From Heptranchias perlo (Eukaryota), in contig NC_090327.1 in the NCBI RefSeq assembly GCF_035084215.1, positions 106,454,001-106,518,000 on the forward strand: DNA of 64,000 nt, written 5' to 3'. A model generated the notes under the pieces. The model did no database searches. It saw only the letters and a program-made list of their open reading frames with translations, and was not told where the DNA came from. Made by a program: the position numbers and the translations under genes. Shown here one piece after another: positions 39,471 through 50,892 of the stretch (the stretch's first letter is position 1; each line of letters opens with the position of its first letter).

Positions 39471-40311
39471 CTGTTACAAAGACAGTATTATGGGCAAAGT
39501 ACTCAGCAAATGAAACACATTAACACAGAATGCAATGAAAGATCAGTACTTTTTAACAAACTCACCACTGAGCTTTAGTCTACAAACATGGTAATCTGCA
39601 ACAGCAGAATGTACCCTTTATATTAAGTCTCAAATTCAGTTCACATAGAAGTTATCACACATATCACATATACTTGCTTTATAACAGATGGAAGATATTA
39701 TTAATTCGCTCAAACCTTCAATTAAGTAAACTTTTTTTTTCAAGTTCTCAGTTGGGGTGAGGGAGGTTTTATTGTACTTTTAATAATAGTCAGCTTTAAA
39801 AAGGATGAAGATTTACAAAAAAAACCAAAATGTTGAGACTTTCTTGCTGCACAACTGATGGGATTTTCATCTTGCCTTATTGTGTGATTTCTAATTTTCA
39901 GCTTTGTAAAGAATTTCTTTTAGGGACTGAATATTTGAATGAGCTGAGAAAAACTCACACAAGTCAAAACTTGCAGCGAGAATCTCTTCAGAGCAATAAA
40001 ACGAGGAAAAAAGTTGAAAACCTCATTTACCAAATCCAGTATTTTCTAATTAAAGATTTCTAAGTAGGAATCAAAATACCGTGTATTTCTGTAACTTGTT
40101 AACTGTGATGGAATTAGAACATTGATTACTCCTTTCTTCAGAAACACTCTAAAATCATCAAAATCTTGTTTAAATTGAACATTATAGCAAATATACACTG
40201 GTTTACTTCTTTTTTTCTTTTGTTTAGAAGCATAGGAACTATACACAATAATTTACAAATATTAAATTTTACTGGTTTCAGTTATGAAGTTGACAACTTG
40301 CTTAGTCTTAC

Positions 40312-40408
40312 CAAGAATCTATCCTTGCTACTTCATCAAACAGCAGCAGAGTTAGCAAAGCCGCCACCTCAGTAAGAGTATCTTTGTCTTTCTGCAAAAC
40401 CAGGGACA
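40312..40408 (-). CDS. RTTN: Rotatin exon VSLVLQKDKDTLTEVAALLTLLLFDEVARIDSW
   Basis: tttag acceptor, gtaaga donor, 97 nt, phase 1/2; LLLFDEV motif. Confidence 0.93.
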
Positions 40409-40937
40409 CTAAATGGGCAACAAAAATAAATTACAAGTTTACAGGATAACATCATAAGATATAAGGTTATCTTTTTAAATGGTACACTAGTTCATTCAAC
40501 TCTTGACTGCTGGTATTTTTCACATGCATACTCCTGGCTTGCTGAACCATTTTGATATAAAATTATAACTGTGAAATCATGTACAATCTAATGCAACTCA
40601 TTATATTAAATAAAAAAACAAAGTAAAAGTCTTCAACTCTACTGTGAATAAATATACCTCATTAGTCTTATCAAACAGCACCACAATTCAGTAGTAAGTT
40701 TAAGAGTGGTTATGGCATTTTTTTTTTCACTTCAAAGTATAGATGCAAGTTGGATCAGTGTCTCAAAATGAATGCTGATATACAAGGATGCTTAGAGGTT
40801 CAAGAAAATATCACATTGTTTTCTGAAAATACCTATGATACAGAACCTAAATACAGAATCCAGGATATATCTCAATATAATACACATTCTATTTCAATAA
40901 TGAAAAGGCATGCAACAAAAACACTTATTTTCAGATA

Positions 40938-41093
40938 TGATGTGGAGATGCCGGTGATGGACTGGGGTTGACAAATGTAAAGAATCTTACAACACCAGGT
41001 TATAGACTCACCTGACGAAGGAGGTAATCTCCGAAAGCTTGTGATTTTCAAATAAAATTGTTGGACTATAACCTGGTGTTGTAAGATTCTTTA
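40938..41093 (+). mobile_element. 156-bp fold-back Penelope mini-element with 12-bp TSD
   Basis: TSD tattttcagata at 40926-40937 and 41094-41105; inverted arms ~40978-41005 and ~41066-41093. Confidence 0.88.
41008..41044 (+). ncRNA. Minimal hammerhead ribozyme motif, intact core
   Basis: UCAC-CUGACGA-A-GGAG GUAAU CUCC-GAAA-GC-UU-GUGA. Confidence 0.8.
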
Positions 41094-42629
41094 TATTTTC
41101 AGATACAATAACCTATCTGTAGTAACAACAAATAAAGTAACTGAAACAAAAATGTTTGAAAGTTGGCAATTTACAGTGCTTAGTCTATTTTAGAATTATT
41201 AATATCTTAGAATTATTCTTCAATTTCTTACATTTACAACCATGTCCTGGAAGAGTGTGCAGGAGTATCCCATGAGTAATGTGTTTCTCCCTCTCCCCTC
41301 TAGAATAGGCAGCTCTGGATCAACTTTCAGGCCAGTCTGAAGTGCTATCTTCCATTGAGATAAAGGAAGCTACTCCAGGACATACACAGTCCTGCTACAC
41401 AGTACATGTCACAGAGCAACTGAAGAGGGAAGCAGAGCTGGAATGGAGATTTTCGATGAAACGAGGAAAATGCATATTTCATAAATCTTGCATTGCATCT
41501 GGTGTGCAAGTCCATTTCACTTCAAAGTGTCAAAATTATATATAAAAAAAGAGTAAGCCAGACTTTACTGGCTTTTCCAATGTTGATAGACTCGCTACTC
41601 CCCAAGGACAAGAGCCAGGATTATCAAGAACATGCCAACCTTTAGAAACGTTCTCAATAAACAGCATCAGGACATGCAAGTTCCCAATAAGGAGTATCTG
41701 AGCAATGCCTTACAGAGACAGGCCATGTTAAGCAAAGCTCCACCTCAGTAGCGAAACATCACAACTCTCCTTCAGACCCAAACTACCTATGAGCAGCACC
41801 ATGGGAGGCGAGATATCAATCTATCTCATCTGCATGCACTTCTTTTCAACTTTTTACATTATGTCCACACATAACAGAAATTGCCTGTGTAAATTTGTCA
41901 TGCTGTAATTACACCATTGCCCCCCCTTGAGAGCGAGGGGGAAATGGATGAAGGGATGAGTCAGGTGACTTTTACAACAGGCTGAGGGGGAGGGAGGATA
42001 CAGGGGTTGAGTAAGTAGTTCAAAGGACAAGAGGTAAAGGTAGCACTAAAAGTGAGTAGCGATAGCAATGGAAGTGAGGGGGTCATTAGAACTGGAAGAC
42101 GTAGTAGAAAGGCAAAGGGATAGGGGAATAACAAGTAATAGGGGAGAGGAAGGGAAGGGACCAAGAGGATTACAGGCCTCATTTTCCCTGCAGCCCCCCC
42201 CCCAGTAGAAAATGTGGCCTTGAGCTTTCCGTGGCTCCTTTTCCTACCAGGCCATCAGTTCCCACAGAAAGGGTAGAGCAGAAAGGATAGAGAAGAAAAG
42301 ACGACTGGGAAAGTAGAAGAGGACAGAGAGAGAAGCAAAGAGAGTTAGGGAGAAAGAAAAGAGAAAAAGCGATTCAGAAGCAAAAGAGCAGAAACAGAGA
42401 GAAACAGCACAAGAGAGCACAGTAGTCTCTAACTTACTGTGTGTAAAGCAATGGGAAATAGTTTAGTATACAAGAATAAATCTTAAAACAGATCAGGTTG
42501 GGGAGGGGAATAGTTTGAACAAAAAAGCATTGCCTAGACTCTCCTTTCCCTTTAGTAATTTAGCTTGAGGTCTCACTAACAGAGCATTTCATTTGAAGAA
42601 TGTAATAAATGAAAGTTCAGGGATCTCAC

Positions 42630-42747
42630 CTCTGAAGAGGGATAGTAGAAAAGAGGATTGCTGAGCTAGGCTGTGGCGCAGGGTTGGGTCCAAGTAAACC
42701 AGTTTCCTTAAAACAGCAAGACATGGCAACACCAAGCACTGCATGCT
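42630..42747 (-). CDS. RTTN: Rotatin exon SMQCLVLPCLAVLRKLVYLDPTLRHSLAQQSSFLLSLFR
   Basis: Inside ORF 42589..42801; accag acceptor, gtgaga donor, 118 nt, phase 0/1. Confidence 0.93.
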
Positions 42748-43899
42748 CTGGTCAACAGAAAAATAAAATGTATACTCAAACACATTATTGTGAATATACA
42801 TTCAAATTTTAACTATTTGAGATCATTTACTTTACTTTTAAGTTCTAAAACGTATAGAACGATGCTGGAAAAACCCTGAGCAAGTTTGCATCATCTGTGG
42901 ACGGATTTTCAATTAGTTTTTTTTAGAAGAAACACCTTTAACCTATCATTTTCCATTGCACCACTCATCACAACTAGGCAAGAAATTCTGCAAGTGGAAA
43001 AATAAGACATTAAATCAGAATTCAACTGTAATAAATTGATTCACAAGCTTAATCACTAGGCGTGCATCACTTAACCTATGCAACTGAGCTTTTTATCCAC
43101 TCCATACAGATGGCAAAAAAAAATCAATATGGTTTGAAGGGGAGAAAAATGGCAAAAAAATGTATTTTTTTTTACTTAAAATACTCAATAGCTTGTCAAT
43201 ATTTGTTTCTGTGCACATCCCAGCCACTGACAACTGAAACAGATTATAGGAGTTGATGCATCTCTGGAAAGAAAGTTAAAGTACCTAATGTTATCAGAAT
43301 ACCAGAAGACAGTAGGAAATGCAACATTAACTTATGTTGAATGACCAGATTAAAGATGTGAATAATACCAAAGATTCACTTTGAAGATCTAAAAATGGAC
43401 ATAAAGAAAAAGAATTGAATTGGGCAGAAATGTACCTAACATTTCAACTCACGGTACAAAGGACTGAGACATCTTATGATTTCTTTGAGGCTATTAAGTT
43501 TGACACTTGAAAGAAAACACTAACTTGAATACATTACATATTGCAGCCTCACCGATTACCATTTTGCATTGCATAATATTGGAGTAGTGCATTATGTAAA
43601 TCCACTAAAGTACAGAAGATTTGAAATAACTGCTTGCAATATTAGCAGACAAGTGCTTAGCATATTTGTACAACATTCATTTATCCATTATTTAACCAGT
43701 TTATTTTAAATAGAGTAATGTCATGAATCTGTTAAGCATTTGCCCTCTAACATCATTAATTTCTAGACAATGGGTATATTTTTGCTCCTTTATTTGTTTC
43801 TTTAAGTAAATTCAGGCTTGCTTGATATTTCAAATGCTTTCAAAGTTGATGAGGAGTTAGAATTATTGTCCTTACTTGGCATTTAACCGGGTACGGTAG

Positions 43900-44295
43900 A
43901 ACATAAGATCAGAACAAAAGAAATAGGAGTAGGCCACATGGCCCCTCGAGCCTTCTCCGCCATTCAATAAGGTCATGGCTAATCTTTGACCTCAATGCCA
44001 CTTTTCTGCTCTATTCCCATATCCCTTGATTCCCTTAAAGTCCAAAAATCTATCGATCTCAGTCTTGAATATATTCAATGACAGAGCATCCTCTGGGGTA
44101 GAGAATTGTACAGATTCACAACCCTGAGTGAAGAAATTTCTCCTCATCTCAGTCCTAAATGGCTGACCCCTTATCCTGAGACTAATGTCTCTTAGTTCTA
44201 GACTCTTCAGCCAGGGGAAACAACCTCTCAGATCCACCCTATCATGCCCTCTCAGAATCTTATATGTTTCAATGAGATCGCTTCATTTTTCTAAA
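43900..44295 (-). mobile_element. CR1 3' fragment (same family as 928-2660)
   Basis: IRGQPFRTEMRRNFFTQ..IFKTEIDRFLD; shared tail. Confidence 0.85.
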
Positions 44296-44670
44296 TGCAG
44301 TGGTTATGTTACTGGACTACTAATCCAGAGTCTTGGACTAATAATCCAGAGAACATGAGTTCAAATCCCACCATGGCAATTTGAGAATTTGAATTCAGTT
44401 TAAAAAATTTGGAAATAAAAATCTGGTATCAGCAAAAGTGATCATGAAGCTGCTGGATTGTCGTAAAAATCCAACTGGTTCACTAATATCCTTTAGGGAA
44501 ACCTGCCATCTTTACCTGGTCTGGCCTATATGTGACTCCAGTCCCACACCAACATGGCTGACTCTTAACTGGCCGAGCAAGCCACTCAATGGTATCAAAC
44601 TCAAGACATCTAAAGATGGGCAATAAATACTGGCCATGCCAAGCGACGGCCATATCCAGAGAATAAATAG
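44296..44670 (+). mobile_element. tRNA-derived SINE with LINE-derived tail
   Basis: A-box-like gcagtggtta, B-box gagttcaaatccc (44357-44369); tail gatgggcaataaat..ggcc..gcgacg matches LINE end at 34603-34645. Confidence 0.7.
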
Positions 44671-44961
44671 AACATTTATGGTGGTAGCTCATGGATGGCT
44701 CACATCATTTTACACACATACCATATACAAACATTTGATCTTATGATGATTTACGGGTTAAAAAATAAAACTCAGACTTTTAAAATGGGTACAGGCCAAA
44801 AGCAGCACTCCAGTGTTTTCAAACATGAAAATAATTACAGAGAATTAGAAAGTTTAAGACATTTTAAAGAACGGTTATACAAAACCTTTTACAAAGCACC
44901 GACTTTACAATCACATCAGCAATTATCATAAACAATGGAAGGAAAATGTTTTGCACAGTAC

Positions 44962-45050
44962 CTTTCCATTTTTGTGCACACTTTCACATATAAATGAAAT
45001 TATCTTTTCTACTATCCCCTGGTTTTTCAACACTGCATGGATTGTGGCAT
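44962..45050 (-). CDS. RTTN: Rotatin exon DATIHAVLKNQGIVEKIISFICESVHKNGK
   Basis: tacag acceptor, gtactg donor, 89 nt, phase 1/0. Confidence 0.9.
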
Positions 45051-45114
45051 CTGTAGATAAATAACAAAGAATACTAGTTTTAAACATTACATTTCCAAAA
45101 ACTGTATATTTTTT

Positions 45115-45940
45115 CAATTAATTCATGGGATGTGGACATTGCTAACAAGGCCAGCCTTTATTGCCCATCACTAGTTGCCCTTGAGAAGGTGGTAGTGAGC
45201 CACTTTCTTGAAAGTCTGTGTTGTGAAGGTACTCCCACAGTGCTGTTAGGTACGGAGTTCCAGGATTTTGACCCAGCAACGGTGAAGGAACGATGATACA
45301 TGTCCAAGTCAAGATGGTATGTGACTTAGAGGGGAACATGCAGGTGGTGTTGTTCCCATGCACCTGCTGCCCTTGTCCTTCTAGGTGGTGGAGGTCAAGG
45401 GTTTGGGAGGTGCTGTCGAAGAAGCCTTGGCGAGTTGCTGCAGTGCATCTTGTTGATAGTACACAGTGCGCTGGTGGTGGAGGGAGTGGTTATTTAATAT
45501 GGTGGATGGGATACTGATCAAGTAGACAGCTTTGCCCTAGATGGTGTTGTGCTGCTTGAGTGTTGTTGCAGCTGCACCCATCCAGGCAAGAGGAGAGTAT
45601 TCCATCACACTCCTGACTTGTGCTTTGTAGGTGGTAGAGGGGCTTTGGGAAATCAGGAGATGAGCCACTCACCACAGAATACCCAGCCTCTGACCTGCAC
45701 CAGCAGCCATGACATTTATGTAGCTGGTCCAGTTCAGTTTTTGGTCGATGGTGACACCAGTGATGTTGGTAGTAGGGACTGCCATTGAATGTCAAAGTGA
45801 TGTGGTTAGACTGTATCCTGTTGGAGATGGTCATTGCCTGGAACTTGTATGGCGCGAATGTTACTTGCCATTTATCAGGCCAAGCCTGGATGTTGTCCAG
45901 GTCTTGCTGCATGCGAGCATGGACTACTTCATTATCTGAG
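45115..45940 (-). mobile_element. LINE 3' end, same family as 33998-34665
   Basis: MQQDLDNIQAWPDKWQVTFAP; reverse-complement similarity to 33998-34650. Confidence 0.8.
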
Positions 45941-46463
45941 AAATTTCAACTACCAAAAGGTGTAACTAACTGAGAACTCCAGGCTTTGCCATTTTTAAAC
46001 TTTTGTTTCCAATTTGGCAATGCTACCAAATAAATAATAGCAGCAAAGAGCTAATCTAATAGCTTTCACCGATTCTCCCCCCTCTTTTTTTCAACAATCT
46101 CCTCTGCTCCTTTCCTGAAGACATTTGACTACTTGTTGGGGTAAAGTTCTATGAGCTCCAGGCACCACGTTATATCGCACTTGAGTGGTCATTCTTCATG
46201 TATGAGCAGCCACAGTGGGTGCTATCAGGCTATTTAACCATTGGGCACCATCCCAATACTGTCCTCACCTGGGGCAAGATTTTGACTCTGAGCTGGGAAG
46301 GGGGTCGAATCGCGGATGGGAAACCCGGAAGTACGGGTTTTGCAGTACAATATATTTTAAATGAATGTCCCCAAAACAGACAAAACTGTTTCATGGGACG
46401 GGTCGTAAAAGTGTTACCATTTGAAAAATTATAGACAGCGCTGCATTGCATGGGAGCACTTAC

Positions 46464-46563
46464 CTTGTGCCATTATAGCCAGTTGCTCTGCTGCAGATTT
46501 CCGGAGAGCCAGGTCAACAGTCTCCGAGATCAGTATTTCATACACTTTGCAAACACTATCACC
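46464..46563 (-). CDS. RTTN: Rotatin exon GDSVCKVYEILISETVDLALRKSAAEQLAIMAQ
   Basis: cctag acceptor, gtaagt donor, 100 nt, phase 0/1; VDL.LRKSAAEQLA motif. Confidence 0.95.
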
Positions 46564-47059
46564 CTAGGGCAAAAATGACAGTAGGATGATATTGCCCTCA
46601 AAATTCATTGATTTCTATGTTTAAATATGTCAATGAGAACATGCATGCAGAGCTGTGCATGAAAAAGGTATAATAATCATGCTCTGAAGGTTTCATCCAC
46701 CTTCACTATCTATGGGGCTGCTGAAAAGTATATCAGGTTAAAACTGTAATTGTCCTCTAACATACTAATTATCGCTAAACAATATAAACAGATTACAGTT
46801 TTTGGCTGGCTATTAATAATTCATGAAACTGTGTATTTTTAAGCACCTTTACTCCATTGATATCTGGAATACAAGATACAGTATGTTGGAGTTCAAACGA
46901 GGTGCTGCAAAATGGTGAGATGATGCTTCATAGCTAGAGTCATCCTTCCCCACATTGAGTTCCACACTGATCTCGTCCATGCCATTGTGGATAGCTTCTG
47001 ACTAGAGGCCAAGACCCTCTCCCCGTAGAAAGGTAAGAAAAGAAATAGACTGAGAGATA

Positions 47060-47683
47060 GGCCTGGATTTTTACTCAGAGCCATAGAAAGAGCGTACGGG
47101 AGGATTTACGGACGGGAAACTCAGAAGTACCGGTTCTCCGGACATCCTGCCCCTTTTGTTGTCAGGGCGTCTTTTAAATTTATTCAGCAAGTTTCCCACA
47201 AGATAGCCAGCCAGATAGACAGGCTGGCTGCCTTTCGGATGGGAAAGCAGCCAGGGAGTGGATGCCAGGTGAAGTCGGACATAGGGGAAGGAGGGGGGGT
47301 CACCCGATTGTGTGTATCGGATCGTGGCTTGTTGGGCCTGGAGGAAACACTCCTGCTCCTCTTGGCCCACAAGCAGTGCAATAAAAGCACTTACATGTTG
47401 AACCGGGCCTTCTCGCTTCCCCTTATGCGGCGAGAATCACGAAGCCCGGAATCCTGACCCCCAGGAATTAAAAATTTTAAAAAACTATTAAAATGGAGGC
47501 ATGCATCCTCCTTAAAAGATTTTACTGACTGACCCGCCGCCTGAGAGTGGATAGTCGCCCGCTGTCGCCCGCTGCCGCCCCCCACCCACCTCTGTTAAAA
47601 TGGGCGGGTTGGAGTAGAGTTTTACATTTCTTACCTTCCCACCGTCCCCAACCCACCCATCCTTGGGGATTAAATTTACCCCC
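47060..47683 (-). mobile_element. GC-rich MITE (Harbinger-like), copy 3
   Basis: Ends GGCCTGGATTTTT and TAAATTTACCCCC; TSD ATA; shared internal block in reverse orientation. Confidence 0.7.
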
Positions 47684-48215
47684 ATAGGGTAAGAAATAGA
47701 GCTATCTTCAGGCTGCTCTCTCGCATTATTGCAGAGATTCGTTGGCAGAGACCTGTGAGCAGCCACTCACAGGGAATGATATGTGGCACAGAAGATTTTG
47801 ATAAGGAGAATATGTTTTAAAAAGAGCCTTGCTCTTCCCCACTGCAGGAAAGTTGGTTACTATCTACAATCTTTCAGATGAGCATCAGACAAGATTTCTG
47901 AGTGAAATTTTGTACAGTTCTGTGATCTGATCCAGCTTTTACAATGCAGTTTCTTGTGTAATTAAGTGTGCAGGGAGACTCAAGCTAGGAAAAGGAAGGG
48001 AAAAGGTGTCTTGAAATGAGCATTTCCACTCCCTCTCCGTGAGAAAAGGGTTAATTAGATGGTACTGCTATTGATTTCTTTTATATTAATTTCCCCCACC
48101 CTCCGCATGTCCCACCTCCCTGAATTCCAGTCAGACAGCTTTAGCTAATAACAAGTTACTGCACAGGCAGCATTTTAACTGATAGGAGGGGCAGCAGAGG
48201 CATACGGAAAGTCTT

Positions 48216-48769
48216 TGTTAGGAGACAGCTGCTTCAGCCCATAGATCTTGCAGCTGAGATAAGTGACGTGTTTGACCGTCAATTCGAGAAGTTACAATTT
48301 CAATAGCTCGGACTGCTAACTCCTCCGAGGACATTGATTAGGAATGCGGTCAAGTGCTATAACTGTCTCCGGTTGAATGTTTTGAGTGACAGCTCAGTCA
48401 AGATATGATAAAGAGTGGGGAGTGATTTTTGTTAAAACTTAAGTTATTTCAGCTAATTGAATGAGATAATGTAGAAATATGTGGATTGTCATGCAGCTAG
48501 AGTGAAAGAAAGGTTGAAAAAGTGAGTGTTAGAACAGTTACTTCAGAATTCAATGAGGTCTGATCAGCCGATGACCCCCCTTTCAAGCTCAAAAACTGTA
48601 ACGCGGTGAATTCTCCGGTAACTCGTATTATCATAAGTGTGCTTTTAAGTATGTGTGTAATTATTATTAATAATCATTGTACGCTTAATTCTTATGATTG
48701 TCAATAAATGCCTTTGAATCTGATTATCTTGAGCAATTACTTATAAGTAAGAACATCCATTCCCTAACA
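48216..48769 (+). mobile_element. Probable solo LTR
   Basis: TGTTAGG...CCTAACA 7-bp inverted termini, TATAA at 48358, AATAAA at 48703; TSD not clearly retained. Confidence 0.5.
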
Positions 48770-49054
48770 TCAGCACCATCCTCAAAACAATTAAACTGCA
48801 GATACAAGGAGACTTTCACTCCACTTTTCTGAAATTCCATAACAATGTTTCACATTCTGCCTCAGGTTGATAAGCAGCGTTACTTCATTTCGAAGCTTCA
48901 CAGACCTCAAACTTTACCTAGGGATCTGAGTTCACACATCTACCCCACTAGGTTAATACAATGTCTATCTAACTGCATTAGTCTTTACCTTTAAGAGCTC
49001 TGTAGGGAGCATTCACTCCACCCAAAGTGCAGCCAAATGCGAAAAGCCCTATGA

Positions 49055-50060
49055 CACAGATGCACCTAGACTTCCAAAAAGCATATGACAAAGTGCTGCA
49101 CAAAAAGCTGCTACTTCGACTTAATACTGATGAGATTCAATGTAATGAGTAATAAATTGGCTGACTGGTAGGAAGCAGCAGATACTTCTTAGATGAGTGT
49201 TGCCAGAGAGGTGAAAGCGCTGAGCGGAGTGTTCTAGGAATCAGTGCTGGGACACCTACAGTTTCTAATTAACATTAACAAATAGGATTCAGAACCTCAA
49301 TGCAACTGGTCAAACTCGCAGTTGGGGCAGCAGAATCTGAAGCACCCCAAGAACGACAAAATGAGTCACATAAAATATGTAAACATGCAGAACAACGGCA
49401 GATGAAATTTAAAATAGACAGGTGTAAAGGAGTGTGTGTGGTGCGGAGAAAAAAAATGAACGTCATAGGTACTCCAGCTAAGGGAGGAGTTGAAAGAGAT
49501 CTAGAGGTATTAGTACCTCTGTTCAACATATCCAAACACTGTGGAGCAGCATGCGACAACCAAATAAAATGTTGATTTACATAGCCAAAACAAGTTGGAG
49601 GAAGTCGTGCGTAAAGGTGTACAATGCTCTTATTAGGTCACATGTTGAGTACAGGTCCAGTTCTAGTGACCGATACACAAGGGAGGCATTCAAGCCCTGG
49701 ATGTGGTACAGAGAAGAGTCATGAAACCAATTTCTAGAGTTAAAGAACTGAGTTATGAAGAGAGACTAGGGAAACTTGAACTTTTTAGCCGCAAAAGGTA
49801 GCAACTGAGGTGATCTTTTTGTTGATGTATAATAGATTATAAACAGTATAGGAAACCTATATTCAGAACACTACTTTAGATTAAACTATGACAGCGGGAC
49901 AAGGGAGCACAGATCCAAATTGGAGAGCAGCAAATTTAGGACTGAACTCAAGCAGTGATCATAAGCTTTGGAATCATTTGAAGGAGGAGGACTGCACTGT
50001 CTGACTGGGTGAATGAGAAACAATGAGCCAAATGGCCCTCCTCATCCATGTCTACGTTGT
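49055..50060 (+). mobile_element. Ancient degraded CR1
   Basis: LDFQKAYDKVLHKKLL, GSVLG, QMKFKIDRCK, ERDLEVLV remnants. Confidence 0.7.
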
Positions 50061-50262
50061 AATATGTAGCGTCGCTCCTATTTTCCTGTTACCTGTAACT
50101 TCACATTGTTATATTTTAGGAATTATTTGGCTAGAAAGAAGAACTTTAATGTCCAACTACATATGAACAATTAGAATCTTCACAAAGGTCATCAAAGGGA
50201 TAAATATGTACTTTGTTTACGCATCCTGTATAGTTAGAAGAAACAAAATTATAGCTTCTCAC

Positions 50263-50434
50263 CTTGAAAAAGGATTTGCCAGTGTCTTCTAACTGTAAAT
50301 CAATAGATTTATCCAATATATACAAATTAGATGCACTGTTGAGTACACTTCCTTGTAATGCAGGCTGTTTATTGGAGGCTCCTTCTTCATTTACCAGGTA
50401 CGACATCAAATGTGTAAGAGCTACAGAGCGCACT
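50263..50434 (-). CDS. RTTN: Rotatin exon VRSVALTHLMSYLVNEEGASNKQPALQGSVLNSASNLYILDKSIDLQLEDTGKSFFK
   Basis: Inside ORF 50146..50445; aatag acceptor, gtgaga donor, 172 nt, phase 2/0. Confidence 0.92.
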
Positions 50435-50892
50435 CTATTGAACAAATAGATAGAAAGATCAAATAATTCTTCAGAGTTAAAAACAAGAAGATTATATTGC
50501 CAAAAAAGTGATCACAGCTATCAGACCAGGCTAATTATAAATAAGGTAGCTAATGTTCTTGGTGCATGTCAAGTTTGGTACATAGGTAGAATAGGAGTGG
50601 AATCACTTCAGTTCAAAGCTGCCATTTTGATAATGATTTGATTTTAAAATTGGACTTGTGAATGAAATCGTTCTAGTTATTATTAGAACTATTGAACATA
50701 CAACAGTAAATAAAAGGTGCTTTTTGTTTAGCTAAGTGCCTGACCTTTAACAGTTCAAATCATATTTGAACAATCGATTCAAAAGTGTTCAACTGCAAAA
50801 ACTAGTAAAGATTATCTTGCCTTGTAGACTCATCCTTCAGCTTGGAGGATTGTGATTTTAACAGGAGAAATTGATGAGAATATTACTGTACG

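Noticed and set aside
41242-41383. 10-bp inverted repeat atgtcctgga/tccaggacat as a MITE
   Set aside because: No TSD and no second copy in the window; could be chance.
41930-42430. GA-rich tract with ORF 41961..42182
   Set aside because: Low-complexity purine tract; the ORF is compositionally biased and has no supporting evidence.
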